64,000 nt of DNA from Gammaproteobacteria bacterium. Lineage in GTDB: Bacteria; Pseudomonadota; Gammaproteobacteria; Ga0077536. The notes under the pieces were generated by a model, which saw only the letters and a program-made list of their open reading frames with translations, was not told the origin of the DNA and ran no database searches. A program made the position numbers and the translations under genes. The stretch spans positions 2,208,001 through 2,272,000 of the forward strand of contig CAXXLL010000003.1 in the NCBI GenBank assembly GCA_963662545.2, read 5' to 3'. Numbering within the stretch: the stretch's first letter is position 1; every line of letters starts with the position of its first letter. Positions 50,415 to 59,552 of the stretch are shown here, piece by piece.

Positions 50415-51449
50415 ATGGCCGCTATCGAAAGGAAGCCAGTGAAAGAAAAATCGCCTTTAAAAGAATATCTCGAGGTCGCGCTGGATGCCGTCATCGCCGC
50501 CTGCCGCGTCACTCGTCACGTACAACGCGAACTCGACCGGATAGGCCAACATACCAAGGACGACCAGAGCCCGGTCACGGTGGCCGATTACGCCTCGCAG
50601 GCCGTCATCGCGACGCGCATGGCCGAGGTGTTCGGCACGTTTTCGCTGGTCGCCGAGGAAGATGCCAACGCTCTGCGGGCGCCCGGCAACGCCAGCCTCC
50701 GACAAGCGGTGACAACCGCGGCGCAACAGGCATGGGATGGCGCCAGGGACGACGAAGTGCTCGATGCCATCGACCTCGGCAATCATGACGCCAGTGATGC
50801 CTCGTATTGGACACTCGATCCGATCGACGGTACCAAGGGCTTTCTCAGGGGCGGTCAATACGCAGTTTCGCTTGCCTTGATCGAAAGCGGTGAGGTCGTA
50901 CTGGGAATTCTGGGGTGCCCCAATCTTTCGGCCGATTTCGAGCGGCCGTTTGACGATCCGGATCCCCACGGATGCATTTTCTACGCGTCGGCTGCCCACG
51001 GGAGCTGGACTTTGCCAGCCGACGCGCCCGGCGCCCCACCGGACTCACTGATGCCGCAACGCGCACGCGAGGTGGCGCAGATGCGGATTTGCGAGTCTGT
51101 TGAGGCCGCACATTCCCGCTTGGACGACACCGCGCGCATCGTCGAGTTTCTCGGTGCCGCCGGCCGCCCCGTGCGTCTCGACAGCCAATGCAAATATGCC
51201 GTCGTCGCCCGCGGACAAGCCGACGCCTATCTCAGGTTTTCGACCGGGCGCGGTTACGTCGAAAAAATATGGGACCACGCGGCAGGGAAGATCGTGGCCG
51301 AGGAAGCCGGCGTGATCGTCACCGACGTCGATGCGCGTCCACTCGATTTCTCGAAGGGCGCGGGATTGACGGCAAACCGCGGCATCATCTGCGCAGCGAC
51401 CAAATTTCATGCGCCGATCCGAGGCGCCATCGAAGCGCTCGGTCTCTAA
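50415..51449 (+). CDS. 3'(2'),5'-bisphosphate nucleotidase, HAL2/SAL1-like
   Basis: SPVTVADY, LDPIDGTKGFLRGGQYA, RLDSQCKY and EKIWDHAAG motifs. Confidence 0.9.
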   Translation: MAAIERKPVKEKSPLKEYLEVALDAVIAACRVTRHVQRELDRIGQHTKDDQSPVTVADYASQAVIATRMAEVFGTFSLVAEEDANALRAPGNASLRQAVTTAAQQAWDGARDDEVLDAIDLGNHDASDASYWTLDPIDGTKGFLRGGQYAVSLALIESGEVVLGILGCPNLSADFERPFDDPDPHGCIFYASAAHGSWTLPADAPGAPPDSLMPQRAREVAQMRICESVEAAHSRLDDTARIVEFLGAAGRPVRLDSQCKYAVVARGQADAYLRFSTGRGYVEKIWDHAAGKIVAEEAGVIVTDVDARPLDFSKGAGLTANRGIICAATKFHAPIRGAIEALGL

Positions 51450-51473
51450 CAGGATGTTGAAAACCGCGGGAAA

Positions 51474-51677
51474 GGGGTCAAGTCTTCACTTTATACAAGT
51501 CCGACCAAACGGTGTTTTAAACGGTCGACAGCAAGACGGAGATTTGGGTCTTCGAACACTCGTAGAATTAGCCGAGCAGAGCGAAAAATGGCGATAATGC
51601 AGGCCGTCGCTCGGGAATCACCGCGCGTGCTCGCGACCTCGGCTTGTTCGAGTTGTAGAAAGTGAAGACTTGACCCC
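51474..51677. mobile_element. MITE-like element with perfect 19-bp IR
   Basis: GGGGTCAAGTCTTCACTTT...AAAGTGAAGACTTGACCCC. Confidence 0.7.
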
Positions 51678-51741
51678 ATCACTGACCACTGCCACGCCCC
51701 GGTGTTCTATACTGCCGGCTCAGAAATGAGGAAGGGCCCAC

Positions 51742-52188
51742 ATGAAACCACAGGTTCAAGAAGAATACGTCCAAATCGAGGCTCTCGAATGGCAAGCTTT
51801 TCCAGCAGAATTTTCCGCCGGCGGCATTCGCTGGAAACTTCTCCACGTGTCACCCGAGGTCGGTGCCTGGACTGCGATCTTCGATTGTCCCCAAGGTTCG
51901 TCGTTCTCGGCCCATATCCACGTTGGGCCGGGCGAGTATCTATTGACCAAGGGCAAGATGGAGGTTCGGGGCGGCGTTGAAGAAGGGGGCGCCACAGCGC
52001 TGTCCACCGGTTATGGCTACGAGTCCTGCAACGCACGGCATGACAAGACGTATTTCCCGGAAGCAAGCGAATTCTACATGACCTTCATGGGCCCCTTGCA
52101 GTTCATCCACGAAGATGGCAGCCCGCGCGCCATCGTCGGATGGGAACAAGCCCAGGCTTTGTGGGCCACGCAGACCGGCGCAGCCTGA
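51742..52188 (+). CDS. Cupin, acetylacetone/dihydroxyacetophenone dioxygenase-like
   Basis: WKLLHVSPEVGAWTAIFDCP..HIHVGPGEY..YGYE..ARHDKT (His triad). Confidence 0.85.
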   Translation: MKPQVQEEYVQIEALEWQAFPAEFSAGGIRWKLLHVSPEVGAWTAIFDCPQGSSFSAHIHVGPGEYLLTKGKMEVRGGVEEGGATALSTGYGYESCNARHDKTYFPEASEFYMTFMGPLQFIHEDGSPRAIVGWEQAQALWATQTGAA

Positions 52189-52215
52189 CACAATAATCTT
52201 CCGCACGGACTCCGG

Positions 52216-52290
52216 GCGCGCCTGGCGCGCCGCTGGACTCGCTGGTGCCGCAGCGCGCACGCGAGGTCGCGCAGATGCGGATTTGCGAGA
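52216..52290 (+). pseudogene. Short duplicate of an internal segment of the nucleotidase gene (~51022-51095)
   Basis: Encodes APGAPLDSLVPQRAREVAQMRICE versus parental APGAPPDSLMPQRAREVAQMRICE. Confidence 0.75.
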
Positions 52291-52321
52291 GAGTTATTCG
52301 CGTTTTTGGATGCGCCCTAAC

Positions 52322-52590
52322 TAGAACCTTTCTCGAAATTATTCGCATACGCGTTGCCCCTGAAAACGGCGATGACAAGGCGCCGCGCGCAGGGCATAGT
52401 GGTTCTATGTTCAAGCGCTGCAACGCAGTCAGCGCCGTTTTAAGAGGGCAACCCTCGGGCCGGTAGCTATTTTCGCGCATTTCGGCGTTGCTCGTCGCTC
52501 ATTTAGCGGTGCCAAACCACACTCCTCGCGCCTTGAACTGCGCGAAAATAGTTGCCGGCGCGTATGCGAATAATTTCGAGATAGGTTCTA
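52322..52590. mobile_element. MITE with ~32-bp IR
   Basis: TAGAACCTTTCTCGAAATTATTCGCATACGCG...CGCGTATGCGAATAATTTCGAGATAGGTTCTA; internal CATAG..CTATG hairpin. Confidence 0.8.
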
Positions 52591-52614
52591 AACCCTATCT
52601 CGAAATCATCCGTA

Positions 52615-54828
52615 CTACGCAGTGGCAGCCAGGGTCGCCGTGCTGGTGCTCAGCTCGTCCAGAGGAAAGGGCTTGCCGATGCCATATCCTTGACCGTAGT
52701 CGACACCCAGTTCCGCGAGAACTTCGAATACGTCGTTGCTCTCGACGAATTCGGCGATCGTTTTCTTGCCCATGACCTTACCGATGTCGTTGATCGACTT
52801 GACCAGCGCCCGGTCGATTGGATCGGTGTCGATGCCGCGCACGAACATGCCGTCGATCTTTAAATAATCGACCGGCAGACTCTTCAGGTAGGCGAACGAC
52901 GACAGACCGCTGCCGAAATCATCGAGCGCGAACAGGCAACCCAGTTCCTTGAGCGTCGAAATAAATCTTGTCGCCTGCGAAAGATTCGAGATCACGGCAG
53001 TTTCCGTTATCTCGAAGCAAATCTTCTCGCTGGAGACTTGGGATTGTTCCAGCAAATCGATCACGTAACCCAAGAACGATTCGTCCGCCAGTGTCAATCC
53101 CGAAAGATTGACCGAACACATGTTGATCCGATCGGCAACGTCACGATTGAGCGCCAACCATTCGAGCAGTGACGATAACACCCACCGATCGATACGCGTG
53201 GCGAGGTTGTAACGTTCCGCAGCGGGCAGAAAAGCGCCCGGCGGGATCTCACTGCCGTCCGGGTCGACCATGCGAATCAATGCCTCGTAGTGCTCGTAGG
53301 GCGACTTCGTTAAACGGACCGGTACAATTGGCTGAACGTAAAGTCGAAACCGGTCCGCTTCGAGCGCCGCCTGGATCTTGGTGACCCACTGCATCTCGCC
53401 ATGGCGCTTGGCCAGTTCCTGATCTTCGCGGAGGAACAGATGAACGCGGTTCCGGCCCATGTCCTTGGCCGCGTAGCACGCCGTGTCGGCCTGCTGGAGC
53501 ACTTCCATGATGCTCGAGGAATTCTCGTTGATCGGCACTACCCCGATGCTGACACCGACGCGGAAGCGCTTATCGTCCCACACAAATTGAAACTCCTCGA
53601 TCGCCTCGCGCAGAGTTTCCGCAACGCGCTGGCTTTGCGTCAAAGGGCATCCCTCCATCAGGAGCCCGAATTCGTCACCGCCCAGACGAGCGATGGTGTC
53701 ATTGCTTCTGACCTTGCTGCGTAAAAGGTTCGCAATCTGCCGCAGGAGTTCGTCTCCTGCAACATGCCCACAGGTATCGTTGATTACTTTAAATTGATCG
53801 AGGTCGAGATAACAGATCGCATGCTCCTGCTGATCGTGCAACGCACTTTCGAGCGCGGACTCGATCCGGTTTTCGAATTCGCGACGGTTGACCAGACCGG
53901 TCAAGGAGTCGTGCGTTGCCTGGAAAGACAGTTCCTTCGAGAGCTGATGGGCTTCGGTGATGTCGATGACCTGAACGACCGCGTGCTCGTAGTGATTGTG
54001 ATCGTCGCGCGTCGCCGTGGCGTGGCACAAGGCCCAGATCACGCGGCCGTCCTTGTGGAGATAACGCTTTTCAATTTGATAGCGATCGATTTCGCCGGCC
54101 TGCATGCGGCGGTATTGATCTGTCCCTAGGTCGCGATCGTCGGTGTGTGTCAGGTCGACCAGCGGAACCCCTTCGAGTTCTGCGGGTTCATAGCCAAGCA
54201 TCGAACTGAACGCCCGATTGACCTGGAGGAAAGTGCGATCGTCATGGAGCATAAACATACCGATCGCTGCGCTGTCGAACGTACTCTTAAAGCCTTGCTC
54301 GCTGCGAACCAACAACTCTTCTGTTTTAATCCGCTCCGCAATTTCGTTTAGCAGTTCGAGATCGCGGTGTTCGAGCTTCCGGGTGCGTCGTGCGACTTTC
54401 TCTTCGAGTCGCTTCTCGCGTCGTTCGACCTCGGCCAACATTAAGTCGAAGTCGGAAGCGAAGCGGCCCAGGATACCCCCGCCACCTATCTCTGAACGCA
54501 GCGAGTAATCGCCCGTTTCCCGAACGAGCTGCGCGACTGCGGACAGCATCTTGATGGGTTGGCATATCGTCCTGACGAACCACTGCGATAAGAACAGGGC
54601 CGCGCCAAGTGATACCAGAACGATGAGGGTGAACATCGGAGCGTAATACGCAAATCTCTGGCCGAGTTCAGCGTCCCTGGCGAATAGGGTGATAGATCCG
54701 AAGGTTTCGCCGCCCACATATACCATCTCTGTGAGCGCGATCAGGACACAGGCGATCAGCAACGCGACCGCGGTCATCGTCAGAATAATCGTCCTCAGCA
54801 TGCGTTTGATGGAGACCGAATAGAGCAC
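52615..54828 (-). CDS. Membrane HAMP-PAS-GGDEF-EAL protein
   Basis: Two TM helices, PAS domain, GGDEF, YEALIR and DDFGSG motifs. Confidence 0.93.
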   Translation of the reverse strand: MLYSVSIKRMLRTIILTMTAVALLIACVLIALTEMVYVGGETFGSITLFARDAELGQRFAYYAPMFTLIVLVSLGAALFLSQWFVRTICQPIKMLSAVAQLVRETGDYSLRSEIGGGGILGRFASDFDLMLAEVERREKRLEEKVARRTRKLEHRDLELLNEIAERIKTEELLVRSEQGFKSTFDSAAIGMFMLHDDRTFLQVNRAFSSMLGYEPAELEGVPLVDLTHTDDRDLGTDQYRRMQAGEIDRYQIEKRYLHKDGRVIWALCHATATRDDHNHYEHAVVQVIDITEAHQLSKELSFQATHDSLTGLVNRREFENRIESALESALHDQQEHAICYLDLDQFKVINDTCGHVAGDELLRQIANLLRSKVRSNDTIARLGGDEFGLLMEGCPLTQSQRVAETLREAIEEFQFVWDDKRFRVGVSIGVVPINENSSSIMEVLQQADTACYAAKDMGRNRVHLFLREDQELAKRHGEMQWVTKIQAALEADRFRLYVQPIVPVRLTKSPYEHYEALIRMVDPDGSEIPPGAFLPAAERYNLATRIDRWVLSSLLEWLALNRDVADRINMCSVNLSGLTLADESFLGYVIDLLEQSQVSSEKICFEITETAVISNLSQATRFISTLKELGCLFALDDFGSGLSSFAYLKSLPVDYLKIDGMFVRGIDTDPIDRALVKSINDIGKVMGKKTIAEFVESNDVFEVLAELGVDYGQGYGIGKPFPLDELSTSTATLAATA

Positions 54829-54980
54829 TGTCCTCGCGCCGTTACCTGCGTTCTCACGGAGGGTATCGGCCGCCGGCCCGGGAAATTGAGCATTGTTATC
54901 TCATTGAAATTTTGACGAATCCGCTCTGTAGCTTGGTGTCACTGTGGTAGAAAATGCCCTTTCCGGACGAGGCCTAGCTA

Positions 54981-56677
54981 GTGTCCGTCCATAAACAGGC
55001 ATTTTCTTCGATGGGCACGGAGAAATCGAGGTGTTGAAAGTAGGTTGTTGGAGCGGTAGCGGCGGTTCGGTGGGGGTCGAAGGGCTCTTCGAGCGTAATT
55101 GTGAGTACGTTCGCCGGCCGCAGAGCGCTGCAACCCAAAGTCGCCCGTTCGACGATATCGAGGAGGTCAGTTAGTGCGAGTGAACGTCGCTATTCGAGTT
55201 GATAGCGCGCGAGCAGGCTGAGGTTGTAGGCGACCACAGAAGACCACACGTAGGCTTCGAAGTGCGGCAGGCTCTTCCAGGTGCAACGTGCCAATCCGTA
55301 TGCACGCTTCAGGCAGGAGATACCGGCCTCGATGCCGGCGCGGAAGTTGCGCAAGCGTCGATAGACCCACTGACTCTTGACCATGTCGGCGATCGCGAGC
55401 CCGCGCTTCTTGTGGAAGGCAACGTCTTCGATGCCTTCTGCTTTCGCCGCCCGGAGATTGTCGAGGCTCGCATAGCCGCCATCGGCGGCGACCTGTCGTG
55501 GCATCGTCCCGTAGTGTGTTCGATGCCGTTCGAGCATCGGCATGAAGCGCTGACTATCGACCGGATTGCCTCGCTCGATGACCACGTCGAGGATGAGGCC
55601 ACTGCGCCCCGAAGCCAGATTGATTTTGTGTCCGTACTGAACGTCGCGCGCACCCTTTATGATGATGTCGGTATGCGGCTCGAACAAGCTCACGCACTTC
55701 TCGCTCGCGGGGACCTTCTCACCGCCGAACACCCGCCGCTCAGTTTGCGAAATCACCTGCAGAACAAGTGTTTCGTAGTGCGCTACCTGCGCTAGCCAGT
55801 CCGGCAGTTCAACGCCGGTGACGCCCGGGCTCAGCAGCTGCTCACGTACCCTCGCTACCGCTTCCAAGGTTGAACGCGTCGCCCCAATCAAATCGCGATA
55901 CAGACGTTGGCGTTGCTTCGCACCACGCGCATACCACAGCGCCCGCGCACGCTTCTTCGCCAATCGAGTGTGGTTCACGAAGCACAACTCCGGCGCGCCA
56001 GGCAACTCGCGCGCCTGTGCGAGCAGACGAACCACAACACGCACGCCATCCCACAGCAGATGACTGTCGCTCGGCGCGTGGATGGCACTGTCCGTTACCG
56101 TGCTATCAATCCGTACACGCTGTGCCGGCTCAATGCGCGTCTCTTTCGCCGTCGCCAGCAGGGCGCGATGAATAGACTCCCACGTCGATACCTGGATCGC
56201 CGAGACCACCCGCTGTAAGGCAGACTTCTTCGGACGTTCATTACCCGGCAACCGGGCGAAGGCCTGAAAGCTCGCCGAGTCCTGCAGGTGAAAGGCCAGC
56301 TCCTCGTAACTCAATTGCCGGTGCTGCTTGAGCACCGCGCAGCGCAGCACCGACTCCGCCGACAGTCCGCGTCGACCGGTGGGCTTCAAACCCCGCCGAC
56401 ACAGATCGTTCATGACCGGCGTGAGGACCTTGGGGTGAGCATCGAGCCACTCGGACATGCCCTGCAGCTCTCGCCCCAGGTCATGGTCAGCAAACAGCTC
56501 GTATATACTCGCTTGGGCCGTGCGTTTCTGACGCATTCCCCCTCCTGTGGTGTCGATGATTGTGTGGAAAATCAGAGGTTTGAAGTTCCATTAGATCACG
56601 ACCCACCGGAGGTTTCGATCCCTTAAGCGACAAATTTTCCTTTTTATTTCAACCGCATCGCGTTTAGGGATGCACAC
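54981..56677 (-). mobile_element. IS (ISNCY/IS5-like DDE), copy 2, intact
   Basis: Same ends as copy 1 in opposite orientation; 6-bp TSD TAGCTA. Confidence 0.92.
55190..56536 (-). CDS. Transposase (448 aa)
   Basis: VRIDSTV, VAADGGYAS and FRAGIEAGISCLKR (DDE) motifs. Confidence 0.93.
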   Translation of the reverse strand: MRQKRTAQASIYELFADHDLGRELQGMSEWLDAHPKVLTPVMNDLCRRGLKPTGRRGLSAESVLRCAVLKQHRQLSYEELAFHLQDSASFQAFARLPGNERPKKSALQRVVSAIQVSTWESIHRALLATAKETRIEPAQRVRIDSTVTDSAIHAPSDSHLLWDGVRVVVRLLAQARELPGAPELCFVNHTRLAKKRARALWYARGAKQRQRLYRDLIGATRSTLEAVARVREQLLSPGVTGVELPDWLAQVAHYETLVLQVISQTERRVFGGEKVPASEKCVSLFEPHTDIIIKGARDVQYGHKINLASGRSGLILDVVIERGNPVDSQRFMPMLERHRTHYGTMPRQVAADGGYASLDNLRAAKAEGIEDVAFHKKRGLAIADMVKSQWVYRRLRNFRAGIEAGISCLKRAYGLARCTWKSLPHFEAYVWSSVVAYNLSLLARYQLE

Positions 56678-56697
56678 TAGCTAAGTCCGACAGGCTG

Positions 56698-58152
56698 CTA
56701 GCTGAAATCGAATTCTTCGAACTTCGGTGCCTTCATATCTGCCTCAAAGCGCTCGAACGACCACGGCCAGGTGACCGGATTGCCGTTCTTGTCCAGGTAC
56801 CAGCTTTTGCATCCCGAAACCCAGACCGTGTTCTTCATCGCTGCATGGAGCTCCTCGTTAAATCGCGCCGTAGCCTCGGCCTTGGGGGCAAATGCCCGGC
56901 ACTGTCCTGACCGCACCCGATCGATCAGCTGCAGTATGTAATTCACCTGCAGCTCGGCGACCAGGATCAGGGAGAAATTTCCGATCGGACTATTGGGGCC
57001 GATCAGCACGAAAAAATTGGGGAACCCGGGCAGCGTCACGCAGCGGTGCGCGACGACGCCCTCGGCCCAGATTTCATTCAAGGTCACGCCGTCGATGCCC
57101 GTGATCTCCATCGGACGCATGAACCGATGTCCGTCGAATCCGGTGGCGAGAACCAGCACGTCGAGTTCGTGCAGCACCTGATCGTTAGTGCGTACTCCGG
57201 AGGCTTCGATCCGCTCGATGTTCGCCGTCACGAGTCGAGCATTCGGTTTCTGGATGGCGGGGTAGAACGTGTCGGACATGATCAACCGTTTGCAGGCGAC
57301 CTGGTAGTTCGGTGTCAGCTTACGCTTGAGATCGGGATCGGCGATGTTCTCTTCGAGGTTCGCCTCGCAGCGCTCCTCGATCCGCCGCATCTGCCGCGCG
57401 TCACCAATGACAGCCCGCGCGAAGGTGTGGTTGAACTGACCTTCGAAGTTTTGATAGATCTCGACCAGGCGATCGGGCTCCCGGCGGAAAGCGGCTTTTT
57501 CCTCTTCACTGAACGGCGGATTGGCCAGCGGCAAGATCCACTGCGCGGTCCGTTGGAAGAGCGAGAGGCGGTCAACGCGATCGATGATGGCCGGTACGAT
57601 TTGGATCGCGGTCGACCCCGTCCCGATGATCCCGACCCGTCGTCCATCGAGCGAAACGCTGTGATCCCAGCGGGCCGTGTGGAATGAGGGGCCCTTGAAA
57701 CCGTCAAGACCCTCGATGCCCGGGATCACCGGGTGATGGAGGACGCCAGTCGCGGCGATCACGATATCCGCCGCGTGCTGTTCCCCGTCCGCAAAACTCA
57801 ATGCCCAACGTTGATCGCGGAATTCGGCCCGCGTTACTTCTTTGTCGTAGCGAATGTAAGACTCGACTCCGTACTTCTGCGCAACGCGGTCGAAATAGGC
57901 GTAGATCTCGGGGCCGGGCGAGAACATGTGACTCCAATCGGGATTGGGTTCGAAGGAATAGACGTAATGATGCGAGGGCACGTCACAGGACAGCCCCGGG
58001 TAGGTGTTCTCGCGCCACGTCCCACCGAGCCGGTCTGCCTTCTCGTAGATGACGAACCGATTGAAACCCGCATCGAGCAGTCGGATCGCCGTCAGAATGC
58101 CGGACATACCGGCGCCGATGACCGCGATTTCGAGATCGGAGCTAGCCCGCAA
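56698..58152 (-). CDS. Baeyer-Villiger-type flavin monooxygenase
   Basis: Two Rossmann motifs (GAGMSG, GTGSTA), GGTWRENTYPG..D and the FKGPSFHTARW fingerprint. Confidence 0.92.
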   Translation of the reverse strand: MRASSDLEIAVIGAGMSGILTAIRLLDAGFNRFVIYEKADRLGGTWRENTYPGLSCDVPSHHYVYSFEPNPDWSHMFSPGPEIYAYFDRVAQKYGVESYIRYDKEVTRAEFRDQRWALSFADGEQHAADIVIAATGVLHHPVIPGIEGLDGFKGPSFHTARWDHSVSLDGRRVGIIGTGSTAIQIVPAIIDRVDRLSLFQRTAQWILPLANPPFSEEEKAAFRREPDRLVEIYQNFEGQFNHTFARAVIGDARQMRRIEERCEANLEENIADPDLKRKLTPNYQVACKRLIMSDTFYPAIQKPNARLVTANIERIEASGVRTNDQVLHELDVLVLATGFDGHRFMRPMEITGIDGVTLNEIWAEGVVAHRCVTLPGFPNFFVLIGPNSPIGNFSLILVAELQVNYILQLIDRVRSGQCRAFAPKAEATARFNEELHAAMKNTVWVSGCKSWYLDKNGNPVTWPWSFERFEADMKAPKFEEFDFS

Positions 58153-58319
58153 CGCTCAACAGCCTTCTACTACGGCAGCCCAATGGATCATGTTGGTTCA
58201 ATGGCATAATGTTTCCATGTACGTTTGGTGCATGATCCCAGTGCTCGAACCGGGCCATGCCCGGTGAAGTTCATCAACTTGGATTCCAGGCGGGTATTCC
58301 TTTTGCTTCCACGCTCAAC

Positions 58320-58487
58320 TAAGGATCCTCTGAATAAGTCATGGCGCGTCTGAATTGTTCATGAAATGGCGCAGATCAAGGCACGAATCGCAGACCATAG
58401 CGGGGACTATGGGCAAGGTTCGTAACGCCGAGCTGCACCATTTCATGGGCAAGGCAGATGGGCCATGACTTATTCAGAGGTTCCCTA
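58320..58487 (-). mobile_element. 168-bp MITE, copy C (inverted)
   Basis: Same IR family; interior is the reverse complement of copies A and B. Confidence 0.8.
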
Positions 58488-58506
58488 AAGTTCGCGGAGA
58501 AATGAC

Positions 58507-59472
58507 ATGGCATTCACTGCCGATTTCGAAAAATTCAAATTCCCTGAGAGCGCATTCGAAGGCAAGCGAGTGCTCATCACCGGCTCCGGCAAGGACGGCG
58601 GCATCGGGCAGGCGCTGGCCCTCGCCGCCGCAGAAAACGGCGCGCGGGTCGTCGGCGTGCATTTTAACAGCAGTTACCGCGACGGATTCGATCTCGTCGA
58701 TGCAATAGTCGCACGCGGCACCGAGGCTTTCGCGATGCAGGCCGACGTAACCAATACACGCGACCTTTGGGCTTCGCGCAGTTATGTCGTGGCGCAGATG
58801 GACGGCAAGGGGCCGGATATCGTCATCTGTAACTCGGGCCTGACGGAGAAAGGCTACCGCTTCGGCCGCGCCCTGCCCGAGATCGAGGGCGAAAGCAAAC
58901 GCGAACGGCGCGCACGGGTACGGCGTGACTTCATTGACAATCTGGCGGATTCGAATCGTGTTCTCGATACCAAGATCGACGGTTTCGTCGCGATGACGCA
59001 TCTATGGGCGGGCGAGGCCGTCTATCACCAGCAGCCCGTCCACTTCGTCTACATCTCGTCCATGCAGGCGCTCGAGCCCGGCGTTGCGGTGCCCGGTTAC
59101 GTCGTCGCCAACTGGGCGGTATTACGCCTGCCGGAGGTGTTGCGCGTCAATCTCGGGCGTGCGTCCGATATGGCCAGTGCCTGCTGCATCATGCTGCCCT
59201 TTGTGCGCACGGGGATGACGCAGGCATATGCCGACAACCCGAAAGTCTTCGGGCGCTGGCAGCCGCGCATGCTCGAACCTTTCGAAGCGGCGCGCGGGGT
59301 GAATCAGTTGCTTGCGCGTCCGGGGGCTGATCTCAACCTCGGACATTTTAAGCTCGGTGTCGGCGGTACAGCCGAAGAGCTCTCGCTCAATTGGTCGCAG
59401 ATCAAGCTCGAAGTCAACGAGGAGGCGCTGGACTGGAGCGACGCCGCACCGATCGTTAGCAAACTCGGGTAG
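58507..59472 (+). CDS. Atypical short-chain dehydrogenase/reductase
   Basis: ITGSGKDGGIG, QADVT, ICNSG and YISS motifs; the YxxxK position reads YVVAN. Confidence 0.8.
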   Translation: MAFTADFEKFKFPESAFEGKRVLITGSGKDGGIGQALALAAAENGARVVGVHFNSSYRDGFDLVDAIVARGTEAFAMQADVTNTRDLWASRSYVVAQMDGKGPDIVICNSGLTEKGYRFGRALPEIEGESKRERRARVRRDFIDNLADSNRVLDTKIDGFVAMTHLWAGEAVYHQQPVHFVYISSMQALEPGVAVPGYVVANWAVLRLPEVLRVNLGRASDMASACCIMLPFVRTGMTQAYADNPKVFGRWQPRMLEPFEAARGVNQLLARPGADLNLGHFKLGVGGTAEELSLNWSQIKLEVNEEALDWSDAAPIVSKLG

Positions 59473-59552
59473 ACGGGCCCAGTTGATAAGCAAGAAAGCC
59501 GGGCTGCGGCCGGATAAACAGCCGCTGGGGACCGAATCAGTTCAGAGCGCCG

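Noticed and set aside
37301-56677. Composite transposon formed by the two IS copies
   Set aside because: Each copy has its own matching TSD and the outer flanks differ, so they inserted independently.
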